Shown here in pieces: positions 35,281 to 51,460 of a stretch of DNA of 64,000 nt (its first letter is position 1; each line of letters begins with the position of its first letter). Made by a program: the position numbers and the translations under genes. This DNA comes from Eledone cirrhosa. Its lineage: Eukaryota. The notes below the pieces were generated by a model. That model did no database searches and was not told the DNA's origin. It was given only the letters and a program-made list of their open reading frames with translations. The DNA lies in contig OZ024741.1 in assembly GCA_964016885.1 (NCBI GenBank), forward strand, positions 213,590,001-213,654,000, read 5' to 3'.

Positions 35281-35929
35281 CTATCCCCAAAATTACCATC
35301 ACTATCACCAACACTACCATCACTATCACCAACTTTACCATCACTATCACCAACACTTCCATCACTATCACCAACACTACCACCACTATCACCAACATTA
35401 CCATCACTATCACCAACATTACCACCATTATCACCAACACTACCATCACTATCACCAACACTACCATCACTATCACCAACACTACCATCACTATCACCAA
35501 CACTACCATCACTATCACCACCATTACCGTCACTATCACCAACACTACCATCACTATCACCAACACTACCATCACTATCACCAACATTACCATCACTATC
35601 ACCAACACTACCATCACTATGACCAACACTACCATCACTATCACCAACACTACCATCACTATCACCAACATTACCATCACTATCACCAACATTACCATCA
35701 CTATCACCAACATTACCATCACTATCACCAACACCACCATCACTATCACCAACACTACCATCACTATCACCAACACTACCATCACTATCACCAACACTAC
35801 CATCACTGTCACCAACATTACCATCACTATCACCAACATTACCATCACTATCACCAACATTACCATCACTATAACCAACACTACCATCACTATCACCAAC
35901 ATTACCATCACTATCACCAACACTACCAT

Positions 35930-38900
35930 CACTATCATCAACACTACCATCACTATCACCAACACTACCATCACTATCACCAACACTTCCATCACTATGA
36001 CCAACATTACCATCACTATCATCAACACAACCATCACTATCACCAACATTACCACCACTATCACCAACACTTCCATCACTATCACCAACATTACCATCAC
36101 TATCACCAACACTACCCTCACTATCACCAACACTACCATCACTATCACCAACATTACCATCACTATCACCAACACTACCATCACTATCACAAACACTACC
36201 ATCACTATCACCAACACTACCATCACTATCACCAACACTACCATCACTATCACCAACACTACCATCAATATCACCAACATTACCACCACTATCACCAACA
36301 TTACCACCACTATCACCAACACTACCATCACTATCACCAACACTACCATCACTATCATCAACATTACCACCACTATCACCAACATTACCATCACTATCAC
36401 CAACATTACCATCACTATCACCAACACTACCATCACTATCACCATCATTACCATCACTATCACCAACATTACCATCACTATCACCAACATTACCATCACT
36501 GTCACCAACATTACCATCACTATCACCAACACTACCATCACTTTCACCAACACTACCATCACTATCACCAACATTACCATCACTATCACCAACACTACCA
36601 TCACTATCACCAACAACATTAGCATCACTGTCACCAACATTACCATCACTATCACCAACACTACCATTACTATCACCAACATTACCATCACTATTACCAA
36701 CATTACCATCACTACCACCAACACTACCATCACTATCACCAACAGTACCATCACTACCACCAACACTACCATCACTATCACCAACATTACCATCAATATC
36801 ACCAACACTGCCATCACTATCACCAACACTACCATATATATCACCAACACTACCACCACTATCACCAACATTACCATCACTATCAACTACACTACCATCA
36901 TCATCACCAACACTACCATCACTATCACCTACATTACCATCACTATCACCAACACTACCATCACTATCATCAACACTACCATCACTATCACCAACACTAC
37001 CATCACTATCACCAACACTTCCATCACTATGACCAACATTACCATCACTATCATCAACACAACCATCACTATCACCAACATTACCACCACTATCACCAAC
37101 ACTTCCATCACTATCACCAACATTACCATCACTATCACCAACACTACCATCACTACCATCACTATCACCAACACTACCATGAATATCACCAACACTATGA
37201 TCACTATCACCAACACTATCATCTCTATCACCAACACTACCATCACTATCACCAACACTACCATCACTATCACCAACATTACCATCACTACCACCAACAC
37301 TACCATCACTATCACCAACACTACCACCACTATCACCAACATTACCATCACTATCAACTACACTACCATCACCATCACCAACACTACCATCACTATCACC
37401 AACATTACCATCACTATCACCAACACTACCACCACTATCACTAACATTACCATCACTATCATCAACACTACCATCACTATCACCAACACTACCATCACTA
37501 TCACCAACATTACCATCACTATCACCAACATTACCATCACTATCACCAACACTACCATCACTATCACCAACACTACCATCACTATCACCAACATTACCAT
37601 CACTATCACCAACATTACCATCACTATCACCAACACTACCATCACTATCACCAACACTACCATCACTATCACCAACACTACCATCACTATCACCAACACT
37701 ACCATCACTATCACCAACATTACCATCACTCTCACCAACATTACCATCACTATCACCAACATTACCGTCACTATCACCAACACTACCATCACTATCACCA
37801 GCATTACCATCACTACCACCAACACTACCATCACTATCACCAACACTACCATATATATCACCAACACTACCACCACTATCACCAACATTACCATCACTAT
37901 CAACTACACTACCATCATCATCACCAACACTACCATCACTATCACCAACATTACCATCACTATCACCAACACTACCATCACTATCATCAACACTACCATC
38001 ACTATCACCAACACTACCATCACTATCACCAACACTTCCATCACTATGACCAACATTACCATCACTATCATCAACACAACCATCACTATCACCAACATTA
38101 CCACCACTATCACCAACACTTCCATCACTATCACCAACATTACCATCACTATCACCAACACTACCCTCACTATCACCAACACTACCATCACTATCACCAA
38201 CATTACCATCACTATCACCAACACTACCATCACTATCACAAACACTACCATCACTATCACCAACACTACCATCACTATCACCAACACTACCATCACTATC
38301 ACCAACACTACCATCAATATCACCAACATTACCACCACTATCACCAACATTACCACCACTATCACCAACACTACCATCACTATCACCAACACTACCATCA
38401 CTATCATCAACATTACCACCACTATCACCAACATTACCATCACTATCACCAACATTACCATCACTATCACCAACACTACCATCACTATCACCATCATTAC
38501 CATCACTATCACCAACATTACCATCACTATCACCAACATTACCATCACTGTCACCAACATTACCATCACTATCACCAACACTACCATCACTTTCACCAAC
38601 ACTACCATCACTATCACCAACATTACCATCACTATCACCAACACTACCATCACTATCACCAACAACATTAGCATCACTATCACCAACATTACCATCACTA
38701 TCACCAACATTACCATCACTATCACCAACACTACCATTACTATCACCAACATTACCATCACTATTACCAACATTACCATCACTACCACCAACACTACCAT
38801 CACTATCACCAACAGTACCATCACTACCACCAACACTACCATCACTATCACCAACATTACCATCAATATCACCAACACTGCCATCACTATCACCAACACT

Positions 38901-39780
38901 ACCATCACTATCACCAACATTACCATCACTATCACCAACACTACCATCACTACCATCACTATCACCAACACTACCATGAATATCACCAACACTATGATCA
39001 CTATCACCAACACTATCATCTCTATCACCAACACTACCATCACTATCACCAACACTACCATCACTATCACCAACATTACCATCACTACCACCAACACTAC
39101 CATCACTATCACCAACACTACCACCACTATCACCAACATTACCATCACTATCAACTACACTACCATCACCATCACCAACACTACCATCACTATCACCAAC
39201 ATTACCATCACTATCACCAACACTACCACCACTATCACTAACATTACCATCACTATCATCAACACTACCATCACTATCACCAACACTACCATCACTATCA
39301 CCAACATTACCATCACTATCACCAACATTACCATCACTATCACCAACACTACCATCACTATCACCAACACTACCATCACTATCACCAACATTACCATCAC
39401 TATCACCAACATTACCATCATTATCACCAACACTACCATCACTATCACCAACACTACCATCACTATCACCAACACTACCATCACTATCACCAACACTACC
39501 ATCACTATCACCAACATTACCATCACTCTCACCAACATTACCATCACTATCACCAACATTACCGTCACTATCACCAACACTACCATCACTATCACCAACA
39601 CTACCATCACTATCACCAGCATTACCATCACTACCACCAACACTACCATCACTATCACCAACACTACCATATATATCACCAACACTACCACCACTATCAC
39701 CAACATTACCATCACTATCAACTACACTACCATCATCATCACCAACACTACCATCACTATCACCAACATTACCATCACTA
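35930..39780 (+). repeat. Imperfect tandem duplication, offsets 2049/2070 then 1797/1818 bp
   Basis: accctcact at 36114 and 38163. aacagtacc at 36741 and 38811. atgaatatc at 37179 and 38976. atcaactac at ~37353/39150 and ~37899/39717. Confidence 0.88.
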
Positions 39781-41259
39781 TCACCAACACTACCATCACT
39801 ATCACCAACACTACCATCACTATCACCAACACTACCATCACTGTCACCAACACTACCATCACTATCACCAACATTACCATCACTATCACCAACATTACCA
39901 TCACTATCCCCAACACTACCATCACACTCACCAACACTACCATCACTATCACCAACACTACCATCACCATCACCAACACTACCATCACTATCACCAACAT
40001 TACCATCACTATCACCAACACTACCATCACTATCACCAACACTACCATCACTATCACCAACACTACCATCACTATCACCAACACTACCATCACTATCACC
40101 AACATTACCATCACTATCACCAGCACTACCATCACTATCACCAACACTACCATCACTACCACCAACATTACCATCACTATCACCAACACTACCATCACTA
40201 TCACCAACACTACCATCACTATCATCAACACTACCATCACTATCACCAACATTACCACCACTATCACCAACACTACCATCAATATCACCAACATTACCAC
40301 CACTATCACCAACATTACCATCACTATCACCAACACTACCATCAATATCACCAACATTACCACCACTATCACCAACACTACCATCACTATCACCAACACT
40401 ACCATCACTATCACCAACACAACCATCACTATCACCAACATTACCACCACTATCACCAACACTACCATCACTATCACCAACACTACCATCAATATCACCA
40501 ACATTACCACCACTATCACCAACATTACCATCACTATCACCAACACTACCATCAATATCACCAACATTACCACCACTATCACCAACACTACTGTCACTAT
40601 CACCAACACTACCATCACTATCACCAACACTACCATCACTATCACCAACTTTACCATCATTATCACCAACACTTCCATCACTATCACCAACTTTACCATC
40701 ACTATCACCAACACTACCATCACTATCACCAACATTACCATCATTATCACCAACACTACCACCACTATTACCAACATTACCATCACTATCACCAACATTA
40801 TCATCACTATCACCAACATTACCATCACTATCACTGACATTACCATCACTATCACCAACATTACCATCACTATCACCAACACTACCATCACTATCACCAA
40901 CACTAGCATCACTATCACCAACGCTACCATCACTATCACCAACACTACCATCACTATCACCAACACTACCATCACTATCACCAACACTACCATCACTATC
41001 ACCAACACTACCTTCACTATCACCAACACTACCATCACTATCACCAACACTACCATCACTATCACCAACATTACCATCACTATCACCAACATTACCATCA
41101 ATATCACCAACATTACCATCACTATCACCAACACTACCATCACTATCACCAACATTACCATCACTATCACCAACACTACTGTCACTATCACCAACATTAC
41201 CATCACTATCACCAACACTACCATCACTATCACCAACATTACCATCACTATCACCAACA

Positions 41260-44200
41260 TTACCATAAATATCAACAACATTACCATCACTATCACCAAC
41301 ATTACCATCACTATCATCAACATTAGCATCATTATCACCAACACTACCATCACTATCACCAACACTACCATCACTATCACCAGCACTACCATCACTATCA
41401 CCAACACTACCATCACTATCACCAACATTACCATCACTATCACCAACATTACCACCACTCTCACCAACATTATCATCAATATCACCAACACTACCATCAC
41501 TATCACCAACACTACCATCACTATCACCAACACTACCATCACTATCACCAACATTACCATCACTATCACCAACACTACCATCACTATCACCAACAACATT
41601 ACCCTCACTATCACCAACACTACCATCAATATCACGAACATTACCATCACTATCACCAACAACACTACCATCACTATCAGCAACACTACCATCACTATCA
41701 CCAACACTACCATCACTATCACCAACATTACCACCACCATCACTACCAACACTACCATCACTATCACCAACACTACCATCACTATCACCAACAACATTAC
41801 CACCACTACCACCAACACTACCATCAACTATCACCAACATTACCATCACTATCACCAATACTACCATCACTATCACCAACACTACCATCACTATCACCAA
41901 CAACATTGCTACCACTACCACCAACTCTACCATCAACTATCACCAACATTACCATCACTATGTCCAACATTACCATCACTATCACCAATACTACCATCAC
42001 TATCACCAACATTACCATCACTATTACCAACATTACCATCACCATCACCAACACTACCATATATATCACCGACACTACCATCACTATCACCAACATTACC
42101 ATCACTATCACCTACACTACCATCACTATCACCAACATTACCATCACTATCACCAACACTACCATCACTATCACCTACACTACCATCACTATCACCAACA
42201 TCCCCATCACTATCACCAACACTACCATCACTATCACCAACACTACCATTACTATCACCAACACTACCATCACTATCACCTACAACATTACCATCACTAT
42301 CACCAACACAAACATCACACCATCACTATCACCAACAACATTACCATCAATATCACCAACACTACCATCACTATCACCAACACTACCATCACTATCACCA
42401 ACACTACCATCACTATCACCAACACTACCATCACTATCACCAACATTACCATCACTATCACCAATACTACCATCACTATCACCAACAACACTACCATCAC
42501 TATCAGCAACACTACCATCACTATCACCAACACTACCATCACTATCAGCAACATTACCACCACCATCACTACCAACACTACCATCACTATCACAAACACT
42601 ACCATCACTATCACCAACAACATTACCACCACTACCACCAACACTACCATCAACTATCACCAACGTTACCATCACTATCACCAACACTACCATCACTATC
42701 ACCAACACTACCATTACTATCACCAACACTACCATCACTATCACCTACAACATTACCATCACTATCACCAACACAACCATCACACCATCACTATCAACAA
42801 CAACATTACCATCACTATCACCAACACTACCATCACTATCACCAACACTATCATCACTATCACCAACACTACCATCACTATCACCAACACTACCATCACT
42901 ATCACCAACACTAGCCACCACTATCACCAACATTACCATCACTATCAGCAACACTACCATCACTATCACCAACACTACCATCACTATCACCAACACTACC
43001 ATCACTATCACCAACACTATCATCACTATCACCAACATTACCATCACTATCAACAACATTACCATAACTATCACCAACATTACCATCACTAACACCAACA
43101 TTACCATCACTATCACCAACACTACCATCACTATCACCAACACTACCATTACTATCACCAACACTACCATCACTATCACCTACAACATTACCATCACTAT
43201 CACCAACACAACCATCACACCATCACTATCAACAACAACATTACCATCATTATCACCAACACTACCATCACTATCACCAACACTACCATCACTATCACCA
43301 ACACTACCATCACTATCACCAACACTACCATCACTATCACCAACATTACCATCACTATCACCAACATTACCATCACTATCACCAACACTACTATCACTAT
43401 CACCAACAACATTACCATCACTATCACCAACACAACAATCACTATCACCAACATTACCACCACTATCACCAACATTACCACCACTATCACCAATACTACC
43501 ATCACTATCACCAACACTACCATCACTATCACCAACATTATCATCAATATCACCAACATTACCATCACTATCACCAACACTACCATCACTATCACCAACA
43601 CTACCATCACTATCCCCAACACTACCATCACTATCCCCAACATTACCACCACCATCACCAACACTACCATCACTATCACCAACATTATCATCAATATCAC
43701 CAACACTACCATCACTATCACCAACAACATTACCATCACTATCACCAACACTACCCTGACTATCACCAACACTACCATCACTATAACCAACACTACCATC
43801 AGTATCAAAAACATTACCATCACTATCACGTACACCTCCATCACTATCACCAACATTACCACCACTATCACCAACACTACCATCACTATCACCAACACTA
43901 CCATCACTATCACCAACACTACCATCACTATCACCAACAACATTACCATCACTATCACCAACACTACCATCACTATCACCAACATTACCACCACTATCAC
44001 CAACATTACCACCACTATCACCAACACTACCATCACTATCACCAACACTACCATCACTATCACCAACACTACCTTCACTATCACCAACACTACCATCACT
44101 ATCACCAACACTACCATCACTATCACCAACATTACCATCACTATCACCAACATTACCATCAATATCACCAACATTACCATCACTATCACCAACACTACCA

Positions 44201-47080
44201 TCACTATCACCAACATTACCATCACTATCACCAACACTACCATCACTATCACCAACAACATTACCCTCACTATCACCAACACTACCATAAATATCAACAA
44301 CATTACCATCACTATCACCAACATTACCATCACTATCATCAACATTAGCATCATTATCACCAACACTACCATCACTATCACCAACACTACCATCACTATC
44401 ACCAGCACTACCATCACTATCACCAACACTACCATCACTATCACCAACATTACCATCACTATCACCAACATTACCACCACTCTCACCAACATTATCATCA
44501 ATATCACCAACACTACCATCACTATCACCAACACTACCATCACTATCACCAACACTACCATCACTATCACCAACATTACCATCACTATCACCAACACTAC
44601 CATCACTATCACCAACAACATTACCCTCACTATCACCAACACTACCATCACTATCACGAACATTACCATCACTATCACCAACAACACTACCATCACTATC
44701 AGCAACACTACCATCACTATCACCAACACTACCATCACTATCACCAACATTACCACCACAATCACTACCAACACTACCATCACTATCACCAACACTACCA
44801 TCACTATCACCAACAACATTACCACCACTACCACCAACACTACCATCAACTATCACCAACATTACCATCACTATCACCAATACTACCATCACTATCACCA
44901 ACACTACCATCACTATCACCAACAACATTGCTACCACTACCACCAACTCTACCATCAACTATCACCAACATTACCATCACTATGTCCAACATTACCATCA
45001 CTATCACCAATACTACCATCACTATCACCAACATTACCATCACTATTACCAACATTACCATCACCATCACCAACACTACCATATATATCACCGACACTAC
45101 CATCACTATCACCAACATTACCATCACTATCACCTACACTACCATCACTATCACCAACATTACCATCACTATCACCAACACTACCATCACTATCACCTAC
45201 ACTACCATCACTATCACCAACATCCCCATCACTATCACCAACACTACCATCACTATCACCAACACTACCATTACTATCACCAACACTACCATCACTATCA
45301 CCTACAACATTACCATCACTATCACCAACACAAACATCACACCATCACTATCACCAACAACATTACCATCAATATCACCAACACTACCATCACTATCACC
45401 AACACTACCATCACTATCACCAACACTACCATCACTATCACCAACACTACCATCACTATCACCAACATTACCATCACTATCACCAATACTACCATCACTA
45501 TCACCAACAACACTACCATCACTATCAGCAACACTACCATCACTATCACCAACACTACCATCACTATCAGCAACATTACCACCACCATCACTACCAAAAC
45601 TACCATCACTATCACAAACACTACCATCACTATCACCAACAACATTACCACCACTACCACCAACACTACCATCAACTATCACCAACGTTACCATCACTAT
45701 CACCAACACTACCATCACTATCACCAACACTACCATTACTATCACCAACACTACCATCACTATCACCTACAACATTACCATCACTATCACCAACACAACC
45801 ATCACACCATCACTATCAACAACAACATTACCATCACTATCACCAACACTACCATCACTATCACCAACACTATCATCACTATCACCAACACTACCATCAC
45901 TATCACCAACACTACCATCACTATCACCAACACTAGCCACCACTATCACCAACATTACCATCACTATCAGCAACACTACCATCACTATCACCAACACTAC
46001 CATCACTATCACCAACACTACCATCACTATCACCAACACTACCATCACTATCACCAACATTACCATCACTATCAACAACATTACCATAACTATCACCAAC
46101 ATTACCATCACTAACACCAACATTACCATCACTATCACCAACACTACCATCACTATCACCAACACTACCATTACTATCACCAACACTACCATCACTATCA
46201 CCTACAACATTACCATCACTATCACCAACACAACCATCACACCATCACTATCAACAACAACATTACCATCATTATCACCAACACTACCATCACTATCACC
46301 AACACTACCATCACTATCACCAACACTACCATCACTATCACCAACACTACCATCACTATCACCAACATTACCATCACTATCACCAACATTACCATCACTA
46401 TCACCAACACTACTATCACTATCACCAACAACATTACCATCACTATCACCAACACAACAATCACTATCACCAACATTACCACCACTATCACCAACATTAC
46501 CACCACTATCACCAATACTACCATCACTATCACCAACACTACCATCACTATCACCAACATTATCATCAATATCACCAACATTACCATCACTATCACCAAC
46601 ACTACCATCACTATCACCAACACTACCATCACTATCCCCAACACTACCATCACTATCCCCAACATTACCACCACCATCACCAACACTACCATCACTATCA
46701 CCAACATTATCATCAATATCACCAACACTACCATCACTATCACCAACAACATTACCATCACTATCACCAACACTACCCTGACTATCACCAACACTACCAT
46801 CACTATAACCAACACTACCATCAGTATCAAAAACATTACCATCACTATCACGTACACCTCCATCACTATCACCAACATTACCACCACTATCACCAACACT
46901 ACCATCACTATCACCAACACTACCATCACTATCACCAACACTACCATCACTATCACCAACAACATTACCATCACTATCACCAACACTACCATCACTATCA
47001 CCAACATTACCACCACTATCACCAACATTACCACCACTATCACCAACACTACCATCACTATCACCAACACTACCATCACT
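41260..47080 (+). repeat. Higher-order tandem duplication, 3022-bp unit, in the most indel-rich domain
   Basis: accataaatatcaac at 41262 and 44284. The 617-aa ORF-track translations at 41906 and 44928 are near-identical. ccctgac at ~43755 and ~46777. Confidence 0.94.
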
Positions 47081-48769
47081 ATCACCAACAACATTACCAT
47101 CACTATCACCAACACTACCATCACTATCACCAACACTATCATCACTATCACCAACACTACCATCACTATCACCAACACTACCATCACTATCACCAAAATT
47201 ATCATCAATACCACCAACACTACCATCACTATCACCAACACTACCATCACTATCACCAACATTACCATCACTATCACCAACACTACCATCACTATCACCA
47301 ACACTACCATCACTATCACCAACACTACCATCACTATCACCAACACTACCATCACTATCACCAACACTACCATCACTATCACCAACATTACCATCACTAT
47401 CACCAACATTACCATCACTATCACCAACATTACCATCACTATCACCAACACTACCATCACTATCACCAACACTACCATCACTATCACCAACACTACCATC
47501 ACTATCACCAATATTACCACCACTATCACCAACATTACCACCACTATCACCAACACTACCATCACTATCACCAACACTACCATCACTATCACAAACATTA
47601 CCATCACTATCACCAACATTACCATCACTATCACCAACACTACCATCACTATCACCAACAACATTACCATCACTATCACCAACACTACCATCACTATCAC
47701 CAACATTACCATCACTATCACCAACACTACCATCACTATCACCAACATTACCATCACTTTCACCAACACTACCATCACTATCACCAACACAACCATCACT
47801 ATCACCAACACTACCATTACTATCACCAACACTACCATCACTATCACCAACAACATTACCATCACTATCACCAACACAACCATCACACCATCACTATCAT
47901 CAACAACATTACCATCCCTATCACCAACACTACCATCACTATCACCAACACTACCATCACTATCACCAACACTACCATCAGTATCAACAATATTACCATC
48001 ACTATCCCGTACACTTCCATCACTATCACCAACATTACCACCACTATCATCAACACTACCATCACTATCACCAACACTACCATCACTATCACCAACACTA
48101 CCATCGCTATCACCAACACTACCATCACTATCACCAACATTACCATCACTAACACGAACACTACCATCACTATCACAAACATTACCATCACTACCACCAA
48201 CACTACCATCACTATCACCAACACTACCCACCACTATCACCAACATTACCATCACTATCACCAACACTACCATCACTATCACCAACACTAGCATCACTTT
48301 CACCAACACTACCATCACTATCACCAACATTACCATCACTATCACCAACACTACCATCACTATCACCAACACTACCATCACTATCACCAACATTACCATC
48401 ACTATCACCAACACTACCATCACTATCACCAACACTACCATCAGTATCAACAACATTACCATCACTATCACGTACACTACCATCACTATCACCAACACTA
48501 CCATCACTATCACCAACACTACCATCACTATCACCAACACTACCATCACTATCACCAACATTACCATCACTATCACCAACATTACCATCACTATCACCAA
48601 CACTACTATCACTATCACCAACAACATTACCATCACTATCACCAACACAACAATCACTATCACCAACATTACCACCACTATCACCAACACTACCATCACT
48701 ATCACCAACACTACCATCACTATCACCAACACTACCATCACTATCACCAACATTACCATCACTATCACC

Positions 48770-51460
48770 AACATTACCAGCACTATCACCAACATTACCA
48801 CCACTATCACCAACACCACCATCACAATCACCAACACTACCATCACTATAACCAACACTTCCATCACTATGACCAACATTACCATCACTATCACCAACAC
48901 CACCATCACAATCACCAACACTACCATCACTATAACCAACACTTCCATCACTATGACCAACACTACCATCACTATCACCAACACTACCATCACTATCACC
49001 AACATTACCATCACTATCACCAACACTACCATCACTATCACCAACACTACCATCACTATCACCAACACTACTATCACTATCACCAACACTTCCATCACTA
49101 TGACCAACATTACCATCACTATCACCAACATTACCATCACTATCACCAACATTACCATCACTATAACCAACACTACCATCACTATCACCAACATTACCAT
49201 CACTATCACCAACATTACCATCACTATAACCAACATTACCATCACTATCACCAACATTACCATCGCTATCACCAACACTACCATCAATATCACCAACACT
49301 ACCATCACTATCACCAACACTTCCATCACTATGACCAACATTACCATCACTATCACCAACACTACCATCACTATCACAAACACTACCATCACTATCACTA
49401 ACACTACCATCACTATCACCAACGCTACCATCAATATCACCAACACTAGCATCAATATCACCTGCACTACCATCACTATCACCAACATTACCATCACTAT
49501 CACCAACATTACCATCACTATCACCAACATTACCATCACTATCACCAACACTACCATCACTATCACCAACATTACCATCAATATCATCAACACTAGCATC
49601 AATATCACCTGCACTACCATCACTATCACCAACATTACCATCACTATCACCAACATTACCATCACTATCACCAACACTACCATCACTATCACCAAAATTA
49701 CCATCCCTATCACCAACATTACCATCACTATCAGCAACATTACCATCACTATCACCAACACTACCATCACTATAACCAACATTAACGTCACTATCACCAA
49801 CATTACCATCACTATCACCAACATTACCATCACTATCACCAACATTACCATCACTATCACCAACACTACCATCACTATCACCAACACTACCATCACTATC
49901 ACCAACACTATCATCACTATCACCAACACTACCATCACTATCACCAACATTACCATCACTATCACCAACACTACCATCAGTATCAACAACATTACCATCA
50001 CTATCACCAACACTACCATCACTATCACCAACACTACCATCACTATCACCAACACTACCATGACTATCACCAACACTATCATCACTATCACCAACACTAC
50101 CATCACTATCACCAACATTACCATCATTATCACCAACACTACCATCACTATCACCAATACAACCATCACTATCACCAACACTACCATCACTATCACCAAC
50201 ACTACCATCACTATCACCAACATTACCATCACCATCACCAACACTTCCATCACTATCACCAACATTACCATCACTATCACCAACACTACCATCACTATCA
50301 CCAACATTAACGTCACTATCACCAACATTACCATCACTATCACCAACATTACCATCACTATCACCAACACTACCATCACTATCACCAACATTACCATCAC
50401 TATCACCAACACTACCATCACTATCACCAACATTACCATCACTGTCACCAACACTACCATCACTATCATCAACACTACCATCACTATCACCAACATTACC
50501 ATCACTATCACCAACACTACCATCACTATCACCAACACTATCATCACTATCACCAACACTATCATCACTATCATCAACACTACCATCACTATCACCAACA
50601 TTACCATCACTATCACCAACACTACCATCACTATCACCAACATTACCATAACTATCACCAACACTACCCATCACTATCACCAACACTACCATCACTATCA
50701 CCAACACTACCATCACTATCACCAACATTACCATCACTATCACCAACACTACCATCACTATCACCAACACTATCATCACTATCATCAACACTACCATCAC
50801 TATCACCAACATTACCATCACTATCACCAACACTACCATCACTATCACCAACATTACCATCACTATCACCAACACTACCCATCACTATCACCAACACTAC
50901 CATCACTATCACCAACATTACCATCACTATCACCAACACTACCATCACTATCACCAACACAACCATCACTATCACCAACACTACCATCACTATCACCAAC
51001 ACTACCATCACTATCACCAACATTACCATCACTATCACCAACACTTCCATCACTATCACCAACATTACCATCACTATCACCAACACTACCATCACTATCA
51101 CCAACATTAACGTCACTATCACCAACATTACCATCACTATCACCAACATTACCATCACTATCACCAACACTACCATCATTATCACCAACATTACCATCAC
51201 TATCACCAACACTACCATCACTATCACCAACATTACCATCACTATCACCAACACTACCATCACTATCATCAACACTACCATCACTATCACCAACATTACC
51301 ATCACTATCACCAACACTACCATCACTATCACCAACACTACCATCACTATCACCAACACTATCATCACTATCATCAACACTACCATCACTATCACCAACA
51401 TTACCATCACTATCACCAACACTACCATCACTATCACCAACATTACCATCACTATCACCA
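48770..51460 (+). repeat. Dispersed copy of ~29340-32160 (offset 19302 bp in the core)
   Basis: acctgcact at 30158/30305 and 49460/49607. +1 C monomer at 31362 and 50664. Confidence 0.9.

Noticed and set aside
34389-41936. Sdr/DSPP-like Ser-Asp repeat, mucin-like or histidine-rich protein gene
   Set aside because: The similarity is compositional only. There is no signal peptide, anchor or flanking domain, and frameshifts bound the tract.
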